This document shows, piece by piece, positions 18,712-27,924 of a stretch of 64,000 nucleotides of DNA; within the stretch, counting starts at the first letter, position 1, and each line of letters begins with the position of its first letter. The notes below the pieces were generated by a model. The model saw only the letters and a program-made list of their open reading frames with translations, was not told where the DNA came from and did no database searches. Made by a program: the position numbers and the translations under genes. This DNA comes from Comamonadaceae bacterium CG_4_9_14_3_um_filter_60_33 (GTDB taxonomy: Bacteria > Pseudomonadota > Gammaproteobacteria > Burkholderiales > Burkholderiaceae_C), in the NCBI GenBank assembly GCA_002789915.1, contig PFUD01000032.1, positions 1,850 to 65,849 of the forward strand, read 5' to 3'.

Positions 18712-18996
18712 ATGCCCACCCGCAACGTTGTCATTACCGAGCACCAAAGCCAGTTGATTGACCAGTGGGTCGCTGCAGGCGATTACCAAAACGCCAGCGA
18801 AGTCTTGCGCGAGGGCCTGCGGCTGGTGGAGCAAAACAAACTTGATTTTCAAGCGCGATTGCAGGCGTTGCGGGAGGCCGTTAATGTGGGCCTGGCCGAC
18901 ATTGAGGCTGGGCGCTTTCAAACCTTTGATTCTGGCGAGGCTTTGGCGGCGCATTACGAGGCGCTCTTGACTGAAGTTCTGGACACTTCCGCGTGA
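18712..18996 (+). CDS. parD: type II antitoxin, ParD/CopG family
   Basis: 94 aa. MPTRNVVITEHQSQLIDQWVAAGDYQNASEVLREGLRLVE is the ParD (COG3609) signature. Confidence 0.85.
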   Translation: MPTRNVVITEHQSQLIDQWVAAGDYQNASEVLREGLRLVEQNKLDFQARLQALREAVNVGLADIEAGRFQTFDSGEALAAHYEALLTEVLDTSA

Positions 18997-19334
18997 GCCA
19001 AGATCGTTGGCTAGTCCGAAATACGGTTGCGGCCGATATGGATTTCAAAGCAATCAAGCGTTGGACGACGGATCATTTCGGTGCGATTCAGGCAGTGACT
19101 TATGCGCAAACCATCATCTTGTCGTTGAAAGACTTGTGTGCTGGCCCAAAAACAGTCGGTTGTAAACTGCATGGCGAGATTGGCCCGGAGATTTACACCC
19201 TGCACGTAGCCAGACAGGGCCGACCGGGTCGGCATGTGGTGGTTTTTCGGGCCAACAGCGCCCAACACCAAATCGACATCCTTCGCATCTTGCATGACAG
19301 CATGGACTTGCCACGCCACCTGGCGCTGCATTGA
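18993..19334 (+). CDS. parE: type II toxin, ParE/RelE family
   Basis: 113 aa with a 4-bp overlap with parD. The C-terminal ...HVVVFRANSAQHQIDILRILHDSMDL is typical of ParE. Confidence 0.8.
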   Translation: MSQDRWLVRNTVAADMDFKAIKRWTTDHFGAIQAVTYAQTIILSLKDLCAGPKTVGCKLHGEIGPEIYTLHVARQGRPGRHVVVFRANSAQHQIDILRILHDSMDLPRHLALH

Positions 19335-19365
19335 TGGTCAGAGCAAACGCTTGGGTTGCTCGTTT

Positions 19366-20271
19366 TCAGGATGCCAGCCCAGCCACCACAAAATCAATCC
19401 ACACCCGCAGTTTGGCGCTCAAGTAGCGGTTGGGCGGGTACAGCACCCAGGCGCGGCCAGCGTAGGCGGTGACATGGCTCCAGTCGTCCAGCAGGCTCAT
19501 CAACTCGCCGCTGCCCAGGGCCGCGCGAGCAGTGGATTCGGGCAGGCTGGCAATGCCCAAATGCTGCAAGGCGCCGCCCAGGCGCACCTTGCTCTGATTG
19601 GCCACATAGCGGCCGCTCACGCGCACCGTCGCCTCTGCGCCGTCTTTTTGAAAGCGCCAATGGCGGTCGCGTTCATCTTCACCAAGGTACAGGCAACTGT
19701 GCTCAGCCAGATCACGCGGGTGCATCGGGGTGCCGCGCTCGCCCAGGTAGCGCGGGCTGGCGCACACCAGATGGCGAATCTGTATCAGGGGGCGGCCTGC
19801 CAAACCGGGCGGCGGCGTTTCGGTGATGCGAATGGCCAGGTCAATGGCCTCCTGATATACATCCACCGTGCGGTCGGTGATGATGAGTTGCACATCCACC
19901 TCGGGGTAACGCGCCAAAAAGGCCGGCATCAGCGGGTGGATAACTTGGTAGGCAAACGCCTCGGGGATGCTGATGCGCACCAGGCCGCTGGGTGTGGCGC
20001 TTTGGGTGTCGGTCAGCGCCATCACCTCGCGGGCGACGGCCACCAGCGTCTGGCAACGGGCATAGGCGGCACTACCTGCTTGCGTGAGGCGCAGCTTGCG
20101 GGTGCTGCGCTCAAGCAGGCGCACATGCAGCGCCGCCTCCAGCCGCGCCACCTGACGGCTCACCGCCGATGGCGTCAACCCGAGTTGGCGAGCGGCCTGC
20201 GAAAAGCTGCCCGCATCGACCACACGGGCGAACACGGCCATGTCGGTGAGGTTTTCCAGCGGGGTATTCAT
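19366..20271 (-). CDS. LysR family transcriptional regulator
   Basis: 301 aa. N-terminal wHTH FSQAARQLGLTPSAVSRQVARLE. Divergent from the EamA gene. Confidence 0.9.
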   Translation of the reverse strand: MNTPLENLTDMAVFARVVDAGSFSQAARQLGLTPSAVSRQVARLEAALHVRLLERSTRKLRLTQAGSAAYARCQTLVAVAREVMALTDTQSATPSGLVRISIPEAFAYQVIHPLMPAFLARYPEVDVQLIITDRTVDVYQEAIDLAIRITETPPPGLAGRPLIQIRHLVCASPRYLGERGTPMHPRDLAEHSCLYLGEDERDRHWRFQKDGAEATVRVSGRYVANQSKVRLGGALQHLGIASLPESTARAALGSGELMSLLDDWSHVTAYAGRAWVLYPPNRYLSAKLRVWIDFVVAGLAS

Positions 20272-20372
20272 GTGTTTGGCGCACAGGTGATGTTCTGCAT
20301 GACCCCATTATCACGATCAAAGAATTAAATTAGCATCCAGACTTCTTTGAAACACGCCTTGACGCTGAACCC

Positions 20373-21274
20373 ATGACCACCTTGACCATAAAACCACCCA
20401 GCCACCTGCTGCGCCTGTCTGACCTGACCTTGCTGGCTGTGGCGCTGATGTGGGGCACCAGTTATGGCGTGGCCAAAGGTGCGCTGGCCTTTTACCCGGT
20501 GCTGGGTTTTTTGGCAGTGCGCTTTGGCATCACGTTTGTGCTGCTGCTGCCCATGCTGCTGCGTGCCCCGAGACAGCAGCAACGCGATGCCCTGCGCTCA
20601 GGCCTGCCGCTGGGCGGCTTGTTGTGGGGATTTTTTTGTGTGAGACCTATGGTGTGGCGCACACCCAAGCCAGCAATGCGGCCTTTTTGATCAGCCTGTG
20701 CGTGGTGTTCACGCCTTTTGCCGAGTGGTGGCTGATGGGGCAGCACCCGGCACCCGTGCTGTTTGTGTTTGCCGGTGTTTCGTTGCTGGGGGCAGCACTG
20801 CTCAGTGGCGGCTGGTCGGGTCACTTGGATTGGGGTGATGCATTGATGCTGGCTGCTGCGCTGTTGCGCGCCTTCACAGTGTGCAAAACCAGCCAGCTCA
20901 CGCGCCACAGCAGCGCGTCAAGTTTGACTCTGACCACGGTGCAAGCCGGGGTGATCTGCTTGGGCAGCTTGCTGCTGGCCGTATTGTCAAGCTCAGGGGT
21001 GGAGACTGGTCTGCCAGCCTTGCCCAGCGCGCCCGCTTTCTGGCAAGCCACAGTCTATTTGGTACTGGGGTGCACCATATTTGCATTTTTTGCCCAAAAC
21101 TGGGCTTTGAAACACAGCGCCCCCAGCCGTGTCGCCTTGTTGACCAGCAGCGAGCCGGCCTTTGGTGCGCTGTTTGCGGTGCTTTGGCTGGGCGAATCTT
21201 TGAGTGTCACGGCTTGGTTGGGCGGGGCACTGATCGTGCTGACGGCGCTCTGGACGACGCTGCGGCGCAACTAG
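20373..21274 (+). pseudogene. EamA/DMT family transporter, interrupted by a frameshift in a T7 tract
   Basis: The ORF from 20373 (MTTLTIKPPSHLLRLSDLTLLAVALMWGTSYGV...) ends at 20690. The EamA sequence continues in another frame (ORF ending 21274: ...LCETYGVAHTQASNAAFLISL...). The frames switch at TTTTTTT 20631-20637. One extra T would restore a protein of about 300 aa. Confidence 0.75.
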
Positions 21275-21358
21275 ACCGAGTGCATCGACTCGGCGCACCG
21301 AAACGTATTCGACGTTGCGGTGAAGAAAAAGTGGTGCACTTCCACTGAAATCAGCGGT

Positions 21359-21814
21359 TCAATCCACTTCGGCAATCATCTCGATTTCAACGCAAGCCCC
21401 GAGCGGAATTTGCGCCACGCCAAAGGCGCTGCGGGCATGCGCGCCTTTGGCACCAAAGACTTCGCCGATCAACTCGCTGGCACCGTTGGTCACCAGATGC
21501 TGCTCGGTGAAGTCGCCGGTGGAATTGACGAGGGACATCAGCTTGACAATGCGCTTGACGCGGTTCAGGTCGCCCACTGCCGCGTGCAGCGTGCCCATCA
21601 GGTCGATGGCCGCGGCGCGGGCGGCAGCCTTGCCTTCTTCGGCGTTCATGTTCTTGCCGAACTGGCCGACCCAGACCTTGCCGTCTTTCTTGGCCAGGTG
21701 GCCGCTCAGAAAGACCAGATTACCGCTTTGGACAAAAGGCACGTAGGCGGCGGCGGGGATGGCCACCGGGGGCAGGGTGATGCCGAGTTCGGCGAGTTTG
21801 GCGTAAATGCTCAT
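21359..21814 (-). CDS. RidA/YjgF/UK114 family protein
   Basis: 151 aa from ATG 21814 (MSIYAKLAELGITLP...). C-terminal ...ARSAFGVAQIPLGACVEIEMIAEV is typical of RidA-family proteins. Confidence 0.8.
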   Translation of the reverse strand: MSIYAKLAELGITLPPVAIPAAAYVPFVQSGNLVFLSGHLAKKDGKVWVGQFGKNMNAEEGKAAARAAAIDLMGTLHAAVGDLNRVKRIVKLMSLVNSTGDFTEQHLVTNGASELIGEVFGAKGAHARSAFGVAQIPLGACVEIEMIAEVD

Positions 21815-21830
21815 GATGTTTCCTGTACTG

Positions 21831-22835
21831 TTAGGGTTTGTCGTAGCTTGAATTCTGACTTTGATTCTGACCTTGATTTTGACTTTGTGTTTGTCCAAAG
21901 CCCTGGCTTTGGCTCTGTGATTGACGCGGCAAAACCATGGGTTCGGCCACGGGTTCGACGGTCACCCCGACTTTGAGCGTGTGGCTGGCGCCACCGTGGA
22001 TCACGCCGCGGATCGGCGACACGTCAGAAAAGTCGCGGCCCATGGCCAGCGTCACATAGTCTTCGCCGGGCGAGGGCCACCCGGCGCGGTCGTTGGTAGG
22101 GTCCAGATCAACCCACTGCTCACCCTCGGGCAGGTCGGGCACGTACGCCGCAGCCCAGGCGTGCGAAGCGTCGCTGCCCCTGAGCTTGACGGTGCCGGGC
22201 GCCGGTTGGGTCAGCAAATAGCCGCTGACGTAGCGCGCAGGCAAACCCATGCTGCGCAGGCAGGCAATCAGGATGTGGGCAAAATCCTGGCACACGCCCT
22301 TGCGTTGTGCCAGCGCCTCCAGCGCCGGGGTGTTGACCTGTGTGCTTTGGCTCTCGTAGCTGAAATCGCGGTAAATGCGGTGCATCAGGTCGAGCGCCGC
22401 AGTCAGCAGCCCCACTCCGGCGCTGAAGCTGGGGCGGGCATAAGCGGCAAACTCGGCGTGACGCGGTGCCATCGGCGAGGCAAAGACAAATTCGTTAGCA
22501 GCGTCGAAGCTGGCGCTGGCCTGGTAGCGAAAACGCTCGCGCACCGTCTCCCAGGCAACGTCGCTGGTGGGCAGGCGCACCGCCTGTGTGAGCACCTGGC
22601 TGATGGCCAGCACCTGAAGCTGGTTGTGCGGCACTTGCAGCGAAAAAAAACTGCGGGTGTTACCAAAAACGTCCTGTGTGCTGCTGATTTGCGCTGGCTC
22701 AGGGTTCACTTGCAGGCTGTGGGTAAGCAAGGTCTGGCTGGCATTGTGCAAAGGCGTCAGGTAAGCCATGTGCTGCGCGGTTTCGACGGCTGGCTGGTAG
22801 TCGTAAATCGTTTCGTGGGTGATCTGTAGTCTCAT
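21831..22835 (-). CDS. transglutaminase-like cysteine protease family protein with Gln/Ser/Asn-rich C-terminal tail
   Basis: 334 aa from ATG 22835 (MRLQITHETIYDYQPAVETAQH...). Catalytic-Cys context RKGVCQDFAHILIACLRSMGLPARYVSGY, then HAWAAAYVP and DPTN. The tail is QSQSQSQGFGQTQSQNQGQNQSQNSS. Confidence 0.85.
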   Translation of the reverse strand: MRLQITHETIYDYQPAVETAQHMAYLTPLHNASQTLLTHSLQVNPEPAQISSTQDVFGNTRSFFSLQVPHNQLQVLAISQVLTQAVRLPTSDVAWETVRERFRYQASASFDAANEFVFASPMAPRHAEFAAYARPSFSAGVGLLTAALDLMHRIYRDFSYESQSTQVNTPALEALAQRKGVCQDFAHILIACLRSMGLPARYVSGYLLTQPAPGTVKLRGSDASHAWAAAYVPDLPEGEQWVDLDPTNDRAGWPSPGEDYVTLAMGRDFSDVSPIRGVIHGGASHTLKVGVTVEPVAEPMVLPRQSQSQSQGFGQTQSQNQGQNQSQNSSYDKP

Positions 22836-22848
22836 TTTTGATGCCTCA

Positions 22849-25566
22849 TCACGACGTTCCCAAACTCTGATTGGCCAGGCCGCTGTGGGTGAAGTAGGTG
22901 GTGCTGATCTCATCGGACACCAGAAAGCTGGCGTCGATGCATTGGCGCAACACATCCTTGAGCAGTTCGTAGCGCGGGGCTGCCTCGCCTGCGGCGCACG
23001 CGCTGGCCGGGGCTGGTACGGGCGTCACCAGATCAGGCGCGTTGTCGCACAACTGTGCCAGACCCCAGGAGCCGGGGTCGGGCACCTTGAGTGACAGGGC
23101 GCAGAGCCGATTGGGGTCGCTGCCCGCCAGCCTGGCCAGGCGCCCGCGCAGCGTATGGGCGATCCAGGAAATCGAGCGCGGGTTGTCTCGGTCAATCACC
23201 AGCAGGTCCACCAGCGCCGCAATGTCGCGGCTTTGCTGAAACTGGGCGTGGAAGGTGATGGCGCTGTCAAACAGCTCGACCATGGCGTCGAAGCCGCCGT
23301 TGGTGTTCAGGCTGCCCGTGTCCAGCCCGCGCAGCAGCGCCGACGACAAAAACCCAAGTCGTTCGATGTGACGCCCGATGCTGAGCAGGCGCCAGCCGTC
23401 GTCGCGCGTCATGCGGTCGGTTTGGGCGCCGGTGATGGCGGCCATGTGGTCGCTGGTGTCCTTGAGTATTTGTAGCGCTTGAAGCGCCGAAAAATCAGTG
23501 CGCTGGCGTTGTGCCGCGCAGCGCTCAAAAAGCTCTTCTTCGCAGCGGATGATGATGCGCCAGTGTTCTTGCGACAAGCGCTCACGCACGCTGGAGCCGA
23601 CCAACTTGAGGGCGCGCAGGTAGTAGCCTGCGCTGGTGGCGCCGCTGGTGCTGCCCAGGCTGTCGATCAGGCTGCGCTCGAACACGCGCGGCGCCTGCAA
23701 TGCCGATGGCACGCCGGGCAGCACCAGCGTGTTGGCGACGGCCATCTGACTGAGCCAGGTCAGCAGGGGTGCTGTGGATTGCTCTTCACCGTGCAGGCAC
23801 TCCAGCGTCAGGCGCGCCAGCCGGATGGCGTTTTCGGCGCGCTCGGTGTAGCGGCCCAGCCAGAACAGGTTTTCTGCCGCGCGACTGGTGATCAGGCGCT
23901 TGCGCTGCATCAGCGATTCGGGCGTCATGTGCGGTGCCAGTAAGGTGCTGTGATCGACCTCGCCGCGGGTCATAGCCCATACGTCCGCACTGCTGCCACC
24001 GCGCTGCATCGAGGTGATCTCTTCGCCGACACTTGCCACGCGTGCCAGGCCGCCAGGCAGCACGCGCCAGCCTTGATCGCCATCGGACACCACGAACACC
24101 CGCAGCATCACCGAGCGCGCCAGCAACTTGCCCGGCTCGCTCGCTTGGCCCGGAGTTAAGGCGCCAGAGGCCTGCCAGGTGGGCATTTGCGACAGCGGGG
24201 TATAGCCCTGCAAGGTGTGATCTTCGGCTTGCCGCACGATGCGTCCGGCCCATTCGTCCAGGCCACGGGAACCCAGTTTGCCGCCCAGCACCACTTCGAA
24301 TGAGCCATGGTCGAGCGAGCCAGGGTAGGTTGGTTTGATGGCGCAGTCGGCCAGTCGCGGCAGGGCTTCTTCCATGGCGCTGCGCTCGCCGCACCACCAG
24401 GTGGGCAGGGCTGGCAGGGTGAGCCGCTCGCCCAGCAAATGGCGCGACAGGGCCGGCAAAAAGCCGAGCAGCGCCGGCGACTCCAGAAACGCTGAGCCAG
24501 GTGCGTTGGCCACCAGCACGTTGCCGGCGCGAATCGCCTGCAGCAGGCCCGGCACGCCCAGCGTGGAGTCGGCGCGCAGCTCGAGCGGGTCGAGGTACTG
24601 GTCGTCCACGCGCTTGAGCAGGCCATGCACCGGCACCAGACCCTTGAGCGTTTTCAGGAACAGGCATTCATCGCGCACCAGCAAGTCACTGCCCTCGACC
24701 AGCGTGAGCCCCAGGTAGCGCGCCAGATAAGCGTGCTCGAAATAGGTTTCGTTGTAGGGGCCGGGGGTGAGCAGCGCCAGGTGTGTGTCGTCGCCGGCAG
24801 GGCTCATGGCCTTGAGGCTGTCCATCAGCGCACGGTAGGTGCTGGCCAGGCGCTGCACGCGCAGGCTTTGAAAGGCTTGCGGAAATTGCGCCGAGATGGC
24901 GAGCCGGTTTTCCAGCAAATAGCCCAGACCCGAGGGCGCCTGGCTGCGCTGGGCTTCTACCCACCAGTTGCCGTCAGGGCCGCGCGCCAAATCAAAAGCG
25001 GCAATGTGCAGATAGCGCCCGCCCGCTGGCTTGACTCCATGCATGGCGCGCAGATAGCCCGGGTGGGCATGCACCAGGGCCGGCGGCAAAAAGCCGTCGT
25101 GCAACAAGGTTTGCGGCCCATAGACGTCAGCCATCACGCGCTCCAGCAGGCGCATGCGTTGCAACACGCCGGCCTCAATGCGCTGCCAGCTTTGCGGGTC
25201 CACCAGCAATGGGAACAGGTCCAGCGCCCAAGGGCGCTGCGGACCGTTTTCATCGGCATAAACGTTGTAGGTGATGCCGTTGTCGCGCACCTGGCGCGCC
25301 AGATTGGTGGCGCGCTGGTCCAGCTCTGACGCCGTGTCGGTTTTCAGGGTGGAAAAAAACTGCCGCCAGATGTCAGTGATGCCCTCTTTGGCGGGTTCGG
25401 TTTTAACTTCAGGCTCAGCGAGGGCCGTGGCCGGGATGCCGCGCGAGACGGTTGCGCGCAACTCATCGAAGTGCCCGGGCGCCGCCTGCGCAGCTTGCGC
25501 CAGCGCCGCCACAATGGGTGACGGGGCGGCGGGCGCACTGCTTTGCACTTGCTGGGATTGATTCAT
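22849..25566 (-). CDS. fusion protein: circularly permuted type-2 ATP-grasp (DUF404/DUF407-like) plus alpha-E domain (DUF403-like)
   Basis: 905 aa from ATG 25566. N-terminal half GITYNVYADENGPQRPWALDLFPLLV...RVMADVYGPQ; C-terminal half SRAAENLFWLGRYTERAENAIRLARL. These are usually two adjacent genes. Confidence 0.75.
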   Translation of the reverse strand: MNQSQQVQSSAPAAPSPIVAALAQAAQAAPGHFDELRATVSRGIPATALAEPEVKTEPAKEGITDIWRQFFSTLKTDTASELDQRATNLARQVRDNGITYNVYADENGPQRPWALDLFPLLVDPQSWQRIEAGVLQRMRLLERVMADVYGPQTLLHDGFLPPALVHAHPGYLRAMHGVKPAGGRYLHIAAFDLARGPDGNWWVEAQRSQAPSGLGYLLENRLAISAQFPQAFQSLRVQRLASTYRALMDSLKAMSPAGDDTHLALLTPGPYNETYFEHAYLARYLGLTLVEGSDLLVRDECLFLKTLKGLVPVHGLLKRVDDQYLDPLELRADSTLGVPGLLQAIRAGNVLVANAPGSAFLESPALLGFLPALSRHLLGERLTLPALPTWWCGERSAMEEALPRLADCAIKPTYPGSLDHGSFEVVLGGKLGSRGLDEWAGRIVRQAEDHTLQGYTPLSQMPTWQASGALTPGQASEPGKLLARSVMLRVFVVSDGDQGWRVLPGGLARVASVGEEITSMQRGGSSADVWAMTRGEVDHSTLLAPHMTPESLMQRKRLITSRAAENLFWLGRYTERAENAIRLARLTLECLHGEEQSTAPLLTWLSQMAVANTLVLPGVPSALQAPRVFERSLIDSLGSTSGATSAGYYLRALKLVGSSVRERLSQEHWRIIIRCEEELFERCAAQRQRTDFSALQALQILKDTSDHMAAITGAQTDRMTRDDGWRLLSIGRHIERLGFLSSALLRGLDTGSLNTNGGFDAMVELFDSAITFHAQFQQSRDIAALVDLLVIDRDNPRSISWIAHTLRGRLARLAGSDPNRLCALSLKVPDPGSWGLAQLCDNAPDLVTPVPAPASACAAGEAAPRYELLKDVLRQCIDASFLVSDEISTTYFTHSGLANQSLGTS

Positions 25567-25633
25567 GTCACCGAGTATGCCAGCGATGCGCGCTTTGGTT
25601 GACAATCGCCAGTTATTCAATTTGCTTCATACC

Positions 25634-26359
25634 ATGACCGAAACCCCTCAAGAACACGCCGAGCCAGTGATCACGACGACGCTGGCAGCTGCGCTGCCCG
25701 CCGTGCCCGAAAGCGCCCAGCAAGCTGAAATTGTTGCCGAGCCCGTGGCACAGGCCACTCCGGCCACCCCGGCCAAGGCCAAAAACCGCTTTGTCTCGGC
25801 GCAGCCCGTGTTGGAAAAACTTTTTGAGCTTTACCCCAAACTGTTTGGCGAGCGTTTTCTGCCACTTAAACTGGGAATTTTTCATGAACTTCTGGCGGCA
25901 CACCCGGATATTTTCCAGCGCGACACGCTCAAAACAGCGCTGGGCGTGCATACCCGATCCAGTCGCTATTTGCAGAGCGTGGCAGCAGGCCTTAAGCGCC
26001 ATGACCTACAGGGCAACCCAGTCGAAGATGTGGCACCTGAACACGCGCTTTTGTCCATCGTGGAACTGTACCAACGCCGCCAGGCCCGCAGCCAAGAGGA
26101 TTTGTTGCCAAAGTTGCGCGCACAGGTCATCAACGCTTTTGAAAAGTCGGGATTGACTCGCCAAGACTACCTGGCGCGCATCGGCACGCCGACCGAGGCC
26201 ATTCAGGCGCTGCTCGACGAAGCGCTTGCCAATGTGGAGCAGCAGCGCGCCCGCCGCGCCGCCCTGAAAAAAGCCTTTGAAGCCAGCGGCCAGAGCGTGG
26301 AGGCCTTTGCCGACGCGCTGGGCATGCGCGTGGGCGACGTGCAAGCGGCGCTCAAATAG
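25634..26359 (+). CDS. ProQ/FinO family RNA-binding protein
   Basis: 241 aa from ATG 25634. LEKLFELYPKLFGERFLPLKLGIFHELLAAHP...LKTALGVHTRSSRYLQSV is the ProQ/FinO domain signature. Confidence 0.8.
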   Translation: MTETPQEHAEPVITTTLAAALPAVPESAQQAEIVAEPVAQATPATPAKAKNRFVSAQPVLEKLFELYPKLFGERFLPLKLGIFHELLAAHPDIFQRDTLKTALGVHTRSSRYLQSVAAGLKRHDLQGNPVEDVAPEHALLSIVELYQRRQARSQEDLLPKLRAQVINAFEKSGLTRQDYLARIGTPTEAIQALLDEALANVEQQRARRAALKKAFEASGQSVEAFADALGMRVGDVQAALK

Positions 26360-26439
26360 TCGCGGTCTGCGGGCCCGTTACGGCGGTATGCCGTCGAAAT
26401 GCTCTGCCATAAACCCGGGCTGCGGGCAGAGCAGAAGCC

Positions 26440-27592
26440 GGGGGCTAATACGCTTCGCCTTTTAAAATTGCTCCCGACATCCGCCCCACCCACGCACCTG
26501 GACGTCGGTTCGCCCGTTGATGTGAAAGAACCGGGTTCCAGTCGGCAATCCACCGTTTCTGGGCAACAAGAAGATGCGCTCTGAATTGGGTCACGATTAC
26601 ACAACCGCGCTTCGTAAAACCTACGAAGGTCGTGTGCCGGGTGGTGCAAACTTGGTGTGCTACGGGTTTGAAAAGGCCCACAACCAGGTCGCTGCTGGAC
26701 AGTCACAGCGTGCCGGGCTAGTGGCAACAAATTCTGTTCGCCAAGCTGGCAAGCGCAAGGTGCTCGATCAGATTTGCGATTCATTGACCATTTTTGATGC
26801 TTGGGCCGACGAGCCTTGTGTTAACGAAGGTGCTGCCATTCGAGTTTCTCTGGCCGCGCCCGTCAATGGTGGGCCATGGTGAGGCTCGCCCAGCACTTCG
26901 TACCGCTATGGAGGGACCCGAGCGCTGCGTCGTTACATCAGAGACATCAAAACATCGCTATTTCGTTTGGTGTCCGATCGCCATCGCGCCAGAGCACAAG
27001 TTGGTAGTCATCCTGCGCGCAGACGACGTAACTTTTGGAATACTTTCTTCACGTATTCACGTCGTGCGGGCATTGACGACAGGCAGCTCGCTTAAAGATC
27101 GTCCTGTTTACACAACCAGTCGTTGCTTCGAGCCTTTCCCGTCCCCCGCAGGCCTGACGCAAGCCAGCCCCGCCGGGTAAAGAACACCAGAGTCTGCGCC
27201 AGACAGCCATCCAAATCGCCACCGCCGCCAAAATGATTAACGATTTAAGGGAGAACTGGCTCAACCCGCCCGAGTGGACGCACAAAGTGAGCGAAGTCAT
27301 GCCGCTTGGCCTAGACAAGTCACCATACCCGGATCGCGTCGAGCCCAAACCCGGCATCACCGAGGTGGACCTCAAGGCCCTGCAAAAACGCACGCTCACC
27401 AACCTCTACAACGCCAGACCCGCCTGGCTCAGCATGGCGCACCAGCAGCTTGATCAGGCCGTGGCAGCGGCTTACGGCTGGACCGACTACACGCCAGCCA
27501 TGCCCGACGACGAGATACTCAAGCGCCTGCTGGCGCTGAATCTGGCGCGTTCAGCTATCATTTCAGGAAGCTATCATCTTCAAACGCCATGA
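26440..27592 (+). pseudogene. decayed class I SAM-dependent DNA methyltransferase (MmeI/YeeA-like), N-terminally truncated with several frameshifts
   Basis: Motif IV GNPPFLGNKKMRSELG at 26544-26590. ADLVCYWFEKA-like NLVCYGFEKA, IFDAWADEPCVNEGAAIRVSL, RYFVW and ILSSRIH. The C-terminal LRENWLNPPEW...AAAYGW is spread over at least three frames (breaks near 26535, 26880 and 27160). No motif I or N-terminal region is left. Confidence 0.7.
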
Positions 27593-27924
27593 AACACCTT
27601 AATCAACAGGCCATCGACCAACTGGTTCAAACTATCGTGCAAGAAGTTGACCCCGAAACCGTGATCCTGTTTGGATCTCATGCCAGAGGAGACGCACGCC
27701 CCGACTCTGATGTGGATGTGATGGTGATTGAACAAGAGCCGTTTTCTGCGCAGCGCAGTCGCCGGGCTGAATTCAGCCGCTTGTCTGCGGCGCTGCGCGA
27801 ATTCCCGAGTGCGTTGGACATTCTTCTTTATAGCCGCGAGGAATTTGACTACTGGAAAGACTCACCAAGCCACGTCGTGGGCCGCGCACAGCGCGAGGGG
27901 AAGGTGCTCCATGTCAGACATTAA
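27589..27924 (+). CDS. nucleotidyltransferase (MNT) domain protein, antitoxin-like partner of HEPN
   Basis: 111 aa. LFGSHARGDARPDSDVDVMV is the GSxxxG..DxD minimal nucleotidyltransferase motif. Confidence 0.85.
   Translation: MKHLNQQAIDQLVQTIVQEVDPETVILFGSHARGDARPDSDVDVMVIEQEPFSAQRSRRAEFSRLSAALREFPSALDILLYSREEFDYWKDSPSHVVGRAQREGKVLHVRH

Noticed and set aside
16573-18734. 359-aa and 422-aa ORFs antisense to pcnB/folK
   Set aside because: These are shadow ORFs of high-GC coding DNA with no recognisable domains. The pcnB and folK calls explain the region.
19234-20328. 364-aa ORF antisense to the LysR regulator
   Set aside because: The LysR frame has a clear wHTH and full length. The antisense product is low complexity.
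26400-26433. 9-bp-stem hairpin TGCTCTGCC-N16-GGCAGAGCA after proQ as an intrinsic terminator
   Set aside because: There is no U-tract after the stem and the loop is long. It may still be structural, but I cannot support a terminator call.
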